Below, piece by piece: positions 10,785-20,574 of a stretch of 64,000 nt of DNA. This DNA comes from an uncultured Alphaproteobacteria bacterium (lineage in GTDB: Bacteria; Pseudomonadota; Alphaproteobacteria; RF32; CAG-239): NCBI GenBank assembly GCA_944392295.1, contig CALXWE010000003.1, forward strand, positions 83,502-147,501, read 5' to 3'. The position numbers and the translations under genes were made by a program. Below the pieces are notes generated by a model. It did no database searches. It was not told where the DNA came from and was given only the letters and a program-made list of their open reading frames with translations. How positions within the stretch are numbered: the first letter of the stretch is position 1; each line of letters opens with the position of its first letter.

Positions 10785-11111
10785 TTAATCTTTAGGCTCA
10801 GAAATTGCCTCCAGATGATGATCCATAATCTGCCAATGTTTACGTTCCGCCTGTTCTTCCAAAGCCGTAACCATTTCGGCATCAAAAGCGTGATCTACCT
10901 CATACTGTAAATATTCACGCAAACAGTTTTGGTAAGATGGGCGTAAACGGCTTACCATTTTTGCAAATTCCTGCACACGCGGCTCATCATCTTTAATAAC
11001 AGCCACTGCCGGAGGTAAAAGAGCATTGAACTTACGCCATAACTCCCCACCCTTATTGAGGCGTGCTTTATCAGAAGCTAAGCCGATGATAATAAGTAAA
11101 TTTTTCCACAT
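10785..11111 (-). CDS. Hypothetical protein (108 aa)
   Basis: ORF upstream of ldh on the same strand. No recognisable family. Confidence 0.45.
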   Translation of the reverse strand: MWKNLLIIIGLASDKARLNKGGELWRKFNALLPPAVAVIKDDEPRVQEFAKMVSRLRPSYQNCLREYLQYEVDHAFDAEMVTALEEQAERKHWQIMDHHLEAISEPKD

Positions 11112-11201
11112 AACTTAAGAATAATTTAAAACATTGTCATTATAATAGAACCGATATATAAAAAGTAAAGAAATTTTATACTCATTTGTTAGAAAAAAAT
11201 A

Positions 11202-11229
11202 TTGACAAAAAGCACTTCAAGGATATAAT
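11202..11229 (+). promoter_or_regulatory. Sigma70-type promoter (TTGACA-16 nt-TATAAT)
   Basis: TTGACA at 11202-11207 and TATAAT at 11224-11229, about 35 nt upstream of the AAGGAG/ATG of ORF 11264. Confidence 0.6.
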
Positions 11230-11263
11230 GACGCCGTCGTTTGGATAAAAAAGGAGCTTTCAA

Positions 11264-11566
11264 ATGGATAAAAAGAACGATATTAATGCTATAGCTTTGC
11301 AACGCGTTTCTGAAAGACTTGCTGCAAAGAACGGTAGTAACAAGCAAGAAGATAATTTGCAAAAGGCCATTGAATGGTATTCTAAAAATTTAATATCTCG
11401 CGGTATTCAAGAAGGGGCAATGCCTGCTGACCGAGAAAGCGACCTTGTTGCAGCTACAATCAACAGCTTTAAGGTAATTTGCAGCGGCACCAACAACAAT
11501 GCCAAAGAGCATATTAAAACAAGTTACAACAATTATTTGCAAACACTCAACGCTGTTAGCAGATAA
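11264..11566 (+). CDS. Hypothetical protein (100 aa)
   Basis: Consensus promoter, AAGGAG RBS, and terminator hairpin at 11593-11616 (actccc..gggagtttttt). Confidence 0.6.
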   Translation: MDKKNDINAIALQRVSERLAAKNGSNKQEDNLQKAIEWYSKNLISRGIQEGAMPADRESDLVAATINSFKVICSGTNNNAKEHIKTSYNNYLQTLNAVSR

Positions 11567-11710
11567 GTTTGAGTTAAGCAATAGTAATACAGAACTCCCC
11601 TCGCGGGAGTTTTTTATTGCTTAAAAAATAAAATTAACCCCCAAAGGAAACTTGAAGCGACCATTTTATTATCAGATACAAAAAGAACTCCCGCATATCG
11701 GTGAGCTTTT

Positions 11711-11797
11711 TGGTGCTCTGAAAAGGACTTGAACCTTCACGGGAAATTTCCCATAAGTACCTGAAACTTACGCGTCTACCAATTCCGCCATCAGAGC
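11711..11797 (-). tRNA. tRNA-Leu (anticodon CAG), long variable arm
   Basis: Reverse complement folds as a cloverleaf: acceptor GCTCTGA/TCAGAGC, anticodon loop TTCAGGT, long extra arm, T-loop GGTTCAAGTCC, encoded CCA. Confidence 0.9.
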
Positions 11798-11844
11798 ATG
11801 CTTAACTTAATAAAAACTTTTTGCCTATAAGTCAACACTTTCTT

Positions 11845-12654
11845 TTAAAAAAGTTCATAAGAATAAATTATTAAGGCAACACCCAAAATCACTCTATAAA
11901 TTACAAAAGGCAAATAAGTTGATTTTTTAAGCCATTTCAACATAGCAAAGATGACCACGATTGATGCCATAAATGAATATAAAGCCGCATCAGCCGCCCA
12001 TAATATAGCCGTTGAATTGCCCTCCTTAAACAAGCCGTAAGCTGCAAACACGCCGGCAGCCAAAATAGTCGGAACGGAAAGCAACATTGAAAATTTAGCC
12101 GCCTCACTGCGATTAACTCCCAAAAAACGAGCCATGGTAATAGTAATACCTGAACGGCTCGTTCCCGGAATCAAAGCCAAGCACTGGGCACAACCGATTA
12201 AAACAGCGTCTTTTATAGTTAAATCAGCTTCTGTTCGGTCAAGCTTTCCATATTTATCGGCAAAATATAACAATAGACCGTAACCTAAAATCGTCCAACC
12301 GATAATTTTCGGATTTCTAAGCCACTCCATACCGTAACTATGTAACAAAAATCCTACAATAAATGCCGGAATTGAAGCGATAATAATTAAATAAGCTAAT
12401 TTATTGCCAGTGTTATTAAAATTAGGCAATAACTTATCAGTCAGCAACCCTTTAATCATACTCCATATAGTTTTATGAAAATATATCAAAACCGCCAGCA
12501 AAGAACCAATATGTAAAGCCACGTCCATTGCCAAACCTTGGTCTTGAAAAGCCGTAAACTCGGCAAATAAAACCAAATGTCCTGAAGAGCTTACCGGTAA
12601 AAACTCGGTTAAGCCTTGCACAATTGCCAGTCCGATAAGTTGTAATGTTGTCAT
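11845..12654 (-). CDS. uppP: Undecaprenyl-diphosphate phosphatase
   Basis: 269 aa polytopic protein with ...EFLPVSSSGHL... and ...PGTSRSG.T... BacA/UppP signature motifs. Confidence 0.92.
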   Translation of the reverse strand: MTTLQLIGLAIVQGLTEFLPVSSSGHLVLFAEFTAFQDQGLAMDVALHIGSLLAVLIYFHKTIWSMIKGLLTDKLLPNFNNTGNKLAYLIIIASIPAFIVGFLLHSYGMEWLRNPKIIGWTILGYGLLLYFADKYGKLDRTEADLTIKDAVLIGCAQCLALIPGTSRSGITITMARFLGVNRSEAAKFSMLLSVPTILAAGVFAAYGLFKEGNSTAILWAADAALYSFMASIVVIFAMLKWLKKSTYLPFVIYRVILGVALIIYSYELF

Positions 12655-12656
12655 AT

Positions 12657-13484
12657 TTAATCCTTACTTTCTAAAATTATACACTGTTTAGCTTCCAATA
12701 AAGAATGCGGACGAAAGCGAATATTGTTAAATGATGCACCCCAATGTAAATGAGGTCCCGTAGCACGTCCGGTTTTACCAACCAAGCCTACGACATCTCC
12801 TTTTTTAACTTCATCACCTTTTTTAACGGTTGCTTTTTGTAAATGCATATAAATGGTTTGCAAACCCAAACCATGATCAATAATGACCATATTGCCGCCG
12901 TAAAAATAATTACCGCCGCTTAAAAGCACTTTACCGTTACCGGCGGCTTTAACTTCACTTCCTTCCGTTGCGGCAATATCGGTACCCGTATGCGGACTTT
13001 TAGGTATACCGTTAAATATGCGCTGATTGCCAAAATTTCCGCTTATTGTACCATCTATCGGCAAAACAAAACCGTCCTGCCAAGATTGATTATCTGTATC
13101 AACCGTAGTTAAAGCCTCTTTCACGTCCTTTTGCTCTCGCAAAATTTCTGCTTCGTCTGCGGCCAAAGGCGTGACCTTACGCTGTTCAACACCTTTAATA
13201 CTTTGTATATCCCAATCTTGTTTGGCGACTGCCAAATCATAATTTTTACCGTCAACGCTTAATGTAACCTTTGAAGGAGCGTCCCTGCCCAACACCAACA
13301 AAAAATCACCGTCTTTATTTACGGGATACGTTTTGCCGTCAAGCGTAACACTTTTACTCAAAGCCCCATGACCTATAAGCACCTCACCTTGTTTTAAGGT
13401 TCCGCATAAACTTAAAGCTTTGGCATCAGCTGCCCAAAATACAACACTTAAAGCGCTAATCAAATAAATCAAACTGCTGCGCAT
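12657..13484 (-). CDS. M23-family (LytM-type) metallopeptidase, secreted
   Basis: Signal peptide, ...HTGTDIAA... and ...GPHLHW... zinc-ligand motifs. Confidence 0.88.
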   Translation of the reverse strand: MRSSLIYLISALSVVFWAADAKALSLCGTLKQGEVLIGHGALSKSVTLDGKTYPVNKDGDFLLVLGRDAPSKVTLSVDGKNYDLAVAKQDWDIQSIKGVEQRKVTPLAADEAEILREQKDVKEALTTVDTDNQSWQDGFVLPIDGTISGNFGNQRIFNGIPKSPHTGTDIAATEGSEVKAAGNGKVLLSGGNYFYGGNMVIIDHGLGLQTIYMHLQKATVKKGDEVKKGDVVGLVGKTGRATGPHLHWGASFNNIRFRPHSLLEAKQCIILESKD

Positions 13485-14748
13485 CGCGATTCTCCACTAC
13501 TTTGGTCTTAACAATTCCGTCCACAAAACGAATATTCAACTCTCCGCTTTTTTTGGCATGACTGGTATCATAAAGCGTTTTAAAATGCCTATCGGTAACC
13601 CAAGCAAAACCTCGTTTTAAAACCGATTCTATGGAAACGCTCTCCATACGAGCTTCTAAATTATGCAAAAGAGATTTATTTTTTTCCAAAATATTTTCTA
13701 CATAATAGGGTTTCAAGCCGATTAAATCCAAAGATTGTTTTTTAAGTATCAAACAGTTGGCAAGAGCTATTTTTAAGCGCTCCCATCTGTCATCTACTTT
13801 TTGCCTTGCTTCAGTAACAATTTGTTCCAAATTAGGAATACCTCTGCTTAAACCATCCAATATTTGTTTATATTCGGCAAACAAGCGATTAACGGCATTT
13901 AAGCGCCGATTATCAAGAGATGATAATTGTAACATCAATTCCGATTTTACGGGTACGGCAAACTCAGCCGCTCCCGTCGGTGTCGGTGCACGCATGTCAG
14001 CCACATAATCAATCAACATTGTATCTGTTTCATGCCCCACCGCCGAAATTACGGGGATTTTACAATCATAAACGGCTCTTATCACAACCTCTTCGTTAAA
14101 CGGCCATAAATCTTCCAAACTTCCGCCGCCGCGTGCCACAATCAAGACATCAGGGCGCGGAACATTGCCGTTTTCAGGCAGATTATCAAAACCACGAATA
14201 GCAGCGGCAATTTTATCGGCAGCTCCCTCACCTTGCACCGGCGTCGGCCAAACAATAATCCGACTGGGGAATCTGTCGCGTACTCGATGAATAATATCAC
14301 GAATAACCGCCCCGCTGGCACTGGTAACTACGCCGATAACTTCAGGTAAATAAGGAATTTTTTGCTTATGAGAAGCATCAAACAACCCCTCTTTTAGAAA
14401 CTGTTGTTTACGTTCTTCCAAAAGCTTTAACAGAGCCCCCGTTCCGGCAACTTCCAAACGTTCAATTACCAGCTGATAAGATGATTTTCCGGCAAAGGTA
14501 GTAATTTTGCCGGTTGCCACAACTTCCAACCCGTCTTCAATTTTGACCGGCAAAGATAATGCCACACCCTTCCAGCAAACCGCCGACAGCACGGCATTTT
14601 CATCTTTTAACGATAAATACCAATGTCCGGAATCAGCTCTCTTGGCACCGAAAATTTCTCCTTTTACCCGAACCTGATTAAAAGAAGTTTCCACACAGCG
14701 TTTTATGGCAAACGATATTTCACTGACCGTATATTCAACTATATCCAT
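13456..14748 (-). CDS. xseA: Exodeoxyribonuclease VII large subunit
   Basis: 430 aa. N-terminal OB fold (VSEISFAIKRCVE...VRVKGEI), ...RGGGS.EDLW.FN... catalytic core. Confidence 0.92.
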   Translation of the reverse strand: MDIVEYTVSEISFAIKRCVETSFNQVRVKGEIFGAKRADSGHWYLSLKDENAVLSAVCWKGVALSLPVKIEDGLEVVATGKITTFAGKSSYQLVIERLEVAGTGALLKLLEERKQQFLKEGLFDASHKQKIPYLPEVIGVVTSASGAVIRDIIHRVRDRFPSRIIVWPTPVQGEGAADKIAAAIRGFDNLPENGNVPRPDVLIVARGGGSLEDLWPFNEEVVIRAVYDCKIPVISAVGHETDTMLIDYVADMRAPTPTGAAEFAVPVKSELMLQLSSLDNRRLNAVNRLFAEYKQILDGLSRGIPNLEQIVTEARQKVDDRWERLKIALANCLILKKQSLDLIGLKPYYVENILEKNKSLLHNLEARMESVSIESVLKRGFAWVTDRHFKTLYDTSHAKKSGELNIRFVDGIVKTKVVENRDAQQFDLFD

Positions 14749-14882
14749 TTCAGACCTCTTAAGCGCATTGTAATCAGATGAGTTTTATATGCAATCATTT
14801 ATATCCCTTACCAACAAAAAAGATATTGCAATTATATTTTCTTGCTCGTAAAATAAAGCATCAATCTGAAAGGAAAATCAAA

Positions 14883-15056
14883 ATGTCAAAAGCACCTTTA
14901 GTAAAACCTTTAAGCAAAGCCGCAGTGGGCGGTCGCTTAAGCTTTATCTTCAGTATTTTTAAATTTTTAACCTTTGATTTGGCTGCGTTTTTTGTTTCAA
15001 AAGCCGGTGAAGCCAAAGATGGTTTATTTAATTCCAAAGGTAATTCAAGAGAATAA
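14883..15056 (+). CDS. Possible small membrane protein (57 aa)
   Basis: Internal ATG of track ORF 14778..15056 with a weak AAAGGA RBS. Hydrophobic core. Lies immediately upstream of ORF 15069. Weak call. Confidence 0.3.
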   Translation: MSKAPLVKPLSKAAVGGRLSFIFSIFKFLTFDLAAFFVSKAGEAKDGLFNSKGNSRE

Positions 15057-15068
15057 AGGAGTTAGTTT

Positions 15069-15491
15069 ATGGAAGAACAAGAAAAAATTACTCCGTTACC
15101 TGCCGGATTTTTCTTTGATAAAATCGGGGTTATCATTAAAATCGAAATGAACGCCGACCATGTTTTCAGAGGCGAGATTGTTTATGACGGACGCAATCAG
15201 ATTATCTTAAACCGCAACGATAAGCAGTTTTATTTGCTAACCAAGATTGCTCCGATTATTCGTAAAAAAATCTTAAAAAGCAAGTACGTTACCATCGCCG
15301 AAGAATTTAACGATGAATTGACGCAAGCTTACGATATAGCCGTACGCATTGTCGATGAAATTCCGGGTGCCGATACCTATGAAGAAGAAATGCAAAAATA
15401 CTTAGAAAAATTAAAGGCAACTTTAGGCGAAGATAAACTAAAAGAACTACAGCGAGAAGCCATTCACTCATTTGATAAGCTCACCGCTTAA
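15069..15491 (+). CDS. Hypothetical protein (140 aa)
   Basis: AAGGAG RBS 7 nt upstream, followed by a strong terminator. Confidence 0.55.
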   Translation: MEEQEKITPLPAGFFFDKIGVIIKIEMNADHVFRGEIVYDGRNQIILNRNDKQFYLLTKIAPIIRKKILKSKYVTIAEEFNDELTQAYDIAVRIVDEIPGADTYEEEMQKYLEKLKATLGEDKLKELQREAIHSFDKLTA

Positions 15492-15494
15492 AAA

Positions 15495-15524
15495 TAAAAA
15501 AGCCGGAAAATTTCCGGCTTTTTT
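15495..15524. terminator. Bidirectional intrinsic terminator
   Basis: aaaaaagccggaaaatttccggctttttt: perfect 9-bp stem flanked by an A-run and a T-run. Confidence 0.8.
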
Positions 15525-15526
15525 AT

Positions 15527-15859
15527 TTACCACATAAATCTTATTAAAGCTATCAAGTAAACATAAACCATAAAGGCTATGGCTTTATAAGCAATCGGCC
15601 ACAAAGCAAAAGCACCGCCGAATACAAGCTGGATAACAACAGCAGCGATAACTGCACATCCGAGCATTAAAAGCCAGTAGTGTTTTTGCTTATTAAGAAG
15701 CAAGGCTAAAATAACCGCTGCACCTGCCACATACGGATTTTTCATAGCGGCAAATACGGCTTCGACCTCTGAAGTAACAGCGCCGATTTTTAAGATAAAA
15801 GCGGCAATAATAGCAATTACGGCGATAACAAAAATCATAAAACAAGTTTTTTTAGACAT
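15527..15859 (-). CDS. Small integral membrane protein (110 aa)
   Basis: Four predicted hydrophobic helices. Lies downstream of the MFS gene on the same strand. Confidence 0.5.
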   Translation of the reverse strand: MSKKTCFMIFVIAVIAIIAAFILKIGAVTSEVEAVFAAMKNPYVAGAAVILALLLNKQKHYWLLMLGCAVIAAVVIQLVFGGAFALWPIAYKAIAFMVYVYLIALIRFMW

Positions 15860-15901
15860 TTATTTTTCCTTTTATAATTTATCAGATTCGCCGCAAGTAT
15901 A

Positions 15902-17068
15902 TTACGCAGTATGTTTAATTTTGGTTACCATAAACAATAAATATGCTACGCAAAAGAGCATAACTACCACTGCACCGTCTTGTGAAGCAACCAAATCGGA
16001 AGCCGCGCCCATCAAAATCGGGAATACGGCACCTCCGAAAATGCCCATAATCATCAAAGCCGACACTTCATTTTTCTTGTCAGGTTTGGCAAGCATAGCT
16101 TGAGAAAAGACAATCGGGAAAATATAAGCATTACCGGCACCGATTAAAGCCATACAGGTATAAAGAGCATAAAGTTCGTCAAATACAAGCAGCCCTCCCA
16201 AGCCGAAAGCTAAGCATAAAACGCTTACAAAAAACAGTAAGCGGTTGGAGTATTTAGCCAAAGCATAAGCTCCGATAAGGCTTACTATAGTTCTTGACAA
16301 GAAATACACACTGGTAGCAATACCTGCTTGTGTAAGCGGTATGGATAATTTTTCAATTAAAATCTTCGGAGCGGTAACATTAGTTCCGACATCAATACCC
16401 ACATGGCATAAAATAGCAATAAAGGAGAGCAGAACCAGTTTATCGGAAAGTAAAGCAACGCTTTGTGTAAAAGTAGAAGTTTTTGAAGCCAGTTTTTCTT
16501 CAGGTATTTTATCAAACCACAAGCTGACAAAAGCAACTACCCCCTCAAGCAAGAAGATAGCAAACAGCATACGCCAGTTTCCGAGAGATACGGCAGCCCA
16601 ACCGGCAATAATCGGAGCTGAAAATGCGGCCATAGCTTTAACAAACTGCCCGAACGTTACGGCACTTGAAAGCGATTTTTTACTAACGATATTTGATAAC
16701 AGCGGATTAATGGAAACCTGCATCATGGTATTACCGATACCCAGTAACGAAAATGATACAATCATCAAAGGTAGGTTATAATCTATCAAAGGCAGCAAAA
16801 CCGCAAGTAAAGTTACAAACAAACTCCATAATACGGTTTTATGCCGCCCGATTTTGTTCATAAGCATTCCGGTAGGAACAGAAGCTACCAAGAACCAAAA
16901 GAACACCATTGACGTAAATAAATTAGCAATGGTGTCGGAAAGTGCAAAATCTTGTTTTACATAGTTGGTGGCAATACCGGTTAAATCAACAAAGCCCATG
17001 GCAAAAAAGGTGAGCATTACCGGAATAAGCTGCCAAACCACATGGGAATTTTTTGTTTGTTTTACCAT
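15902..17068 (-). CDS. MFS sugar transporter (FucP/GluP-like)
   Basis: 388 aa, about 12 TM. N-terminal ...FFAMGFVDLTGIATNYVKQDF... resembles the glucose/galactose-fucose permease family. Adjacent to a sugar kinase. Confidence 0.8.
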   Translation of the reverse strand: MVKQTKNSHVVWQLIPVMLTFFAMGFVDLTGIATNYVKQDFALSDTIANLFTSMVFFWFLVASVPTGMLMNKIGRHKTVLWSLFVTLLAVLLPLIDYNLPLMIVSFSLLGIGNTMMQVSINPLLSNIVSKKSLSSAVTFGQFVKAMAAFSAPIIAGWAAVSLGNWRMLFAIFLLEGVVAFVSLWFDKIPEEKLASKTSTFTQSVALLSDKLVLLSFIAILCHVGIDVGTNVTAPKILIEKLSIPLTQAGIATSVYFLSRTIVSLIGAYALAKYSNRLLFFVSVLCLAFGLGGLLVFDELYALYTCMALIGAGNAYIFPIVFSQAMLAKPDKKNEVSALMIMGIFGGAVFPILMGAASDLVASQDGAVVVMLFCVAYLLFMVTKIKHTA

Positions 17069-17086
17069 AACTTTTCTCCTGCTAAA

Positions 17087-17950
17087 CTAAAAATCGTATT
17101 TTGGCCAAGCCCCTTCTTTGGTGCAAACAAATGCCGAAATTTCAACGGCTTTTTTATGAGCTTCACGCACACTTTTGCCGGTTAAAATCGAATAAACAAA
17201 GGCTGCCGAGAAAGAATCTCCGGCGCCCACCGTATCGGCAACTTTAACTTTTGGGGTATCAAAATAAGAAACTTCATCATCAGTATAGATAATGCTGAAT
17301 TTTTCACCAGCGGTAAAAATCATATATTTAAGATTATAACGACGCATCAGCTCTTTGCAGACTTCTTCATCTGAGCCGGTAAGCCCTAACAGCGGACGAA
17401 TAACAGTCATTTCATCAATATTGATTTTAAAAACGTTGGCATGTTTTAACAAAGTATCAATCAAATCGGCCGAGTAGTAGTTTTGGCGCAGATTGACATC
17501 GTAAAATTTGAGAGCATCAGGGTTGGCATATTCTAACATTTTAAGGATATTTTCCCGACTTTCGGGGTGTCTTAAAGCCAAAGTTCCGAAACAAACGGCA
17601 TCGGCTTGTTTTAAGACGGCAAGCGCCTCATCGGTAACGGGAATATGATCCCAGGCTACATTTTCCACAATTTCATATTCGGGCATACCATTTGTAAGTT
17701 TAACCAGAACTTTTCCGGTTGGAAATTGGGTAGTAGCGATAATACCGTTAATTGAATTTTGTTTTAATTCGGTAAGTATTTCATGCCCGAGCTCATCATC
17801 GCCGACAGCGCTCACGGCATAGCCCCTCGCCCCCAAACTGGTAGCATGATATACAAAGTTAATCGGTGCACCTCCGGCTTTTTTGGTATTAGGAAAGACA
17901 TCCCATAAGAGTTCGCCCAAGCCGACCACAATCGGAGTTTTGTTTTGCAT
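17087..17950 (-). CDS. PfkB-family carbohydrate kinase (fructokinase-like)
   Basis: Start set to MQNKTPIVVGLGELLWDVF (GAGGAG 7 nt upstream). C-terminal ...DTVGAGDSF... PfkB signature. Confidence 0.85.
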   Translation of the reverse strand: MQNKTPIVVGLGELLWDVFPNTKKAGGAPINFVYHATSLGARGYAVSAVGDDELGHEILTELKQNSINGIIATTQFPTGKVLVKLTNGMPEYEIVENVAWDHIPVTDEALAVLKQADAVCFGTLALRHPESRENILKMLEYANPDALKFYDVNLRQNYYSADLIDTLLKHANVFKINIDEMTVIRPLLGLTGSDEEVCKELMRRYNLKYMIFTAGEKFSIIYTDDEVSYFDTPKVKVADTVGAGDSFSAAFVYSILTGKSVREAHKKAVEISAFVCTKEGAWPKYDF

Positions 17951-18087
17951 AATCTTTCTCCTCAACTTAATAATATATAGTAAAGTGTAGCGCCTTTTTT
18001 AAGCATACTCAACAAAATTTTATAAAACGTTTAAAACGCTTGCAAAAATTTTATTAAAGATATAATTGTAGATAGTTAAGTTCCAGT

Positions 18088-18164
18088 GTCGGCGTAGCTC
18101 ATCAGGATAGAGCAACAGTTTCCTAAACTGTGGGTAGTGGGTTCGAGTCCCGCCGCTGACGCCA
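18088..18164 (+). tRNA. tRNA-Arg (anticodon CCU)
   Basis: Cloverleaf: acceptor GTCGGCG/CGCTGAC, anticodon loop TTCCTAA, T-loop TTCGAGT, encoded CCA. Terminator hairpin at 18167-18200. Confidence 0.9.
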
Positions 18165-18257
18165 ATAAAAACACCCACCTTTTATGGTGGGTGTTTTTAT
18201 TGGCAACAATATTTTTGGGACGCGAACCCGAGAGGGCGCGAACCGATAGAAAAATGC

Positions 18258-18797
18258 TTAATACCTAAAGCAAGCTCGCTCGTGGTCATTTACTACCCCT
18301 ATTGCCTGTAAATAAGAGTAAATAATAACCGAGCCGACAAACTTCATTCCTCTTTTTTGCAAATCTGCCGCAATCGTGTCCGAAAGAGCCGTTTTGACAG
18401 GCATATTATCATCTTGATTTTTAATAATTTTGCCATAAGTAAAATGCCAGATATAGCTATCAAAACTTCCCCACTCTTTTTGAATTTTTAAAAAGACTTG
18501 GGCATTGTTAACCGCCGCTTTTATTTTAGCAAGGCTGCGAATAATAGAGGCATTTTCCATTAAAGACTTTATCTTGCCTTCATCATATTGACTTACTTTT
18601 ACCACATCAAAATTATCAAAAGCTTTTCTGAAAGCCTCACGCTTTTTTAAAACCGTCAACCAAGAAAGCCCGGCTTGAAACGATTCTAAAACCAACAGCT
18701 CAAACAATTCACAGTCATCATGTTTAGGCACACCCCACTCTTCATCATGGTACTTTGTATAAAGTTCTGATTTTTCATCTACCCAATGGCATCTCAT
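18258..18797 (-). CDS. tag: DNA-3-methyladenine glycosylase I
   Basis: 179 aa. MRCHWV...Y.KYHDEEWGVP..D...LFELL.LE.FQAGLSW is the Tag family N-terminus. Confidence 0.92.
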   Translation of the reverse strand: MRCHWVDEKSELYTKYHDEEWGVPKHDDCELFELLVLESFQAGLSWLTVLKKREAFRKAFDNFDVVKVSQYDEGKIKSLMENASIIRSLAKIKAAVNNAQVFLKIQKEWGSFDSYIWHFTYGKIIKNQDDNMPVKTALSDTIAADLQKRGMKFVGSVIIYSYLQAIGVVNDHERACFRY

Positions 18798-19912
18798 AAC
18801 TTTATCTTTCCCTGAGCAAGGCTTTCCAAAAACTTAATTTGAATATCGGCAATTTGCTTAACCGATTCTATCTCTACATACTCTCCGTCGGCATGCATTC
18901 CCTCGCCGCTTCCCGAATGCATAATAACTATTGAGCCTTTTTCGGCAAATGCTCTGGAATCAGTGGCCCCGCCTATATATTCAAACTCAACGGATTTATG
19001 CAAAACTTTTTCAGCCAGTTCCTTATAAGCCAAGATATAAGGGTCATTTTCATTCATAACTACCGGCGTTGATGATGATACTATTTTATAACTTACACCT
19101 TCAACCATACATTTATCCAACGCGGCGCACAAGTCTGCCACCGTTGATGTTTCAACAAGCCTAAAATCAAGTAAAGCTTCTGCATGAGAAGCAATAACAT
19201 TTGATACCTCACCGCCGGAGATTTTTGCAAAATGCACGGTATCAATCCACGTATTATGAGGTTTAGGTTCATTTTTAGCAAATGCCGGATAGATTTTACG
19301 AATATTTGCCCAGGTTTTAAACAAGTTTTCATTAGCATCAATACCATCCCAAGGGGTTGAACCATGAGCGGCCTCACCTTGAGCCATAAGTTTTACAAAA
19401 ACCGGATTTTTACATCTGGCCACAATTTTGGTAATATCGCCTCCGACATCATTATCCAGCACAATTTTAGCCGTTAAATCAGGATGTGACTGTAAAAAAG
19501 CTTCCGTGCTCAAGCTGCCTTTTTCTTCATCGGTTGAAAGAATAACCCCAAATTTTAAGGGGAGTTTGTTTTGAGCCACATACAAAATTGAGTTAAGAGC
19601 AACAGCGGCAAAAGACTTCATATCCAAAGTTCCGCGACCGAACATTTTACCGTTTTGCACCATCGGTACAAACATATCATCTACGGCCGGAACAACATCA
19701 ACGTGCCCTAAAATCAAGACATCAAAATCGTTGGTATCTGCGGTATGCGCAAAAAACACCGGTGAAACATTTTCATAACGGCATATTTGAGCCTTAACTC
19801 CGCCCTCGATTACCAACTTTTTCATATACTCCAAACATTTATCGATTTCTTTAAGATTACCGGTTTCGGTTTTGAACTTAATTAAATCCTCAACAACTTG
19901 AAATAAATCCAT
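18794..19912 (-). CDS. M20-family metallopeptidase/deacylase (ArgE/DapE/ACY1-like)
   Basis: 372 aa. ...LILGHVDVVP..., ...GRGTLDMK..., ...STDEE.GS... metal-ligand motifs. ATGA overlap with tag. Confidence 0.85.
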   Translation of the reverse strand: MDLFQVVEDLIKFKTETGNLKEIDKCLEYMKKLVIEGGVKAQICRYENVSPVFFAHTADTNDFDVLILGHVDVVPAVDDMFVPMVQNGKMFGRGTLDMKSFAAVALNSILYVAQNKLPLKFGVILSTDEEKGSLSTEAFLQSHPDLTAKIVLDNDVGGDITKIVARCKNPVFVKLMAQGEAAHGSTPWDGIDANENLFKTWANIRKIYPAFAKNEPKPHNTWIDTVHFAKISGGEVSNVIASHAEALLDFRLVETSTVADLCAALDKCMVEGVSYKIVSSSTPVVMNENDPYILAYKELAEKVLHKSVEFEYIGGATDSRAFAEKGSIVIMHSGSGEGMHADGEYVEIESVKQIADIQIKFLESLAQGKIKL

Positions 19913-19988
19913 CTTTTTTACCTTTTCTTTATCATCTTTATTTACACTATGAACAATATATAATCAAAAATCAAAAAAAGGAAATAAA

Positions 19989-20495
19989 ATGAAAACATTA
20001 TTTACAGCAATAATCGCGTTGATAATGTCCATAAGCACGGCCATGGCGCAAGCTGCCGATTCCAGCGAGAGCGGTTTAGAATTGCCGCGTATGGTATCTT
20101 TGCGTTCCGATTTAATTAACGGGCGTTCAGGACCCGATACCAAATATCCGATAGAGTGGATTTATAAACAAAAAGGCATGCCTGTAGAAATCATCAACGA
20201 ATTTGGACTTTGGCGCCAGATTCAAGATTGGGAAGGCTCAAAATGCTGGGTGCATAAATCGATGCTGACCGGGCGCCGCTTTGTAAGAGTTATGAACCTG
20301 GGAGAAAACAACATCTACAACAATGACGATTACAACTCTAAGGTAATAGCCAAGGTTGAAGACGGGGTTATCGGTGAAGTTAAAGAATGCAAAAAAGGCA
20401 ACGACTTTTGCCTGATAAAATTTGGCAGCATTGAAGGCTGGGTACCCAAAAACATTTTATTCGGCATATATAAGGACGAAAACATCAATACTTAA
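19989..20495 (+). CDS. Secreted bacterial SH3-like (DUF1058) protein
   Basis: Signal peptide. ...LPRMVSLRSD.IN.RSGP...YPIEWIY...G.PVEII.E...WR.I.D.EG..GWVH..ML.G.R pattern. Terminator at 20511-20543. Confidence 0.8.
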   Translation: MKTLFTAIIALIMSISTAMAQAADSSESGLELPRMVSLRSDLINGRSGPDTKYPIEWIYKQKGMPVEIINEFGLWRQIQDWEGSKCWVHKSMLTGRRFVRVMNLGENNIYNNDDYNSKVIAKVEDGVIGEVKECKKGNDFCLIKFGSIEGWVPKNILFGIYKDENINT

Positions 20496-20574
20496 AATAT
20501 TAATATTTATAAAAAGCATCGGCGGTAAACCGATGCTTTTTTGTATTAGCCTATCCGGCTGAGGCGTCAGTGTT

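Noticed and set aside
10652-10885. 78-codon N-terminal extension of the ldh ORF in the track (MMPKWLRLWKNRRN...)
   Set aside because: The canonical MKVGIIGAGFVG start has an AAGGAG RBS. The extension is low-quality sequence overlapping the 3' end of the upstream gene region.
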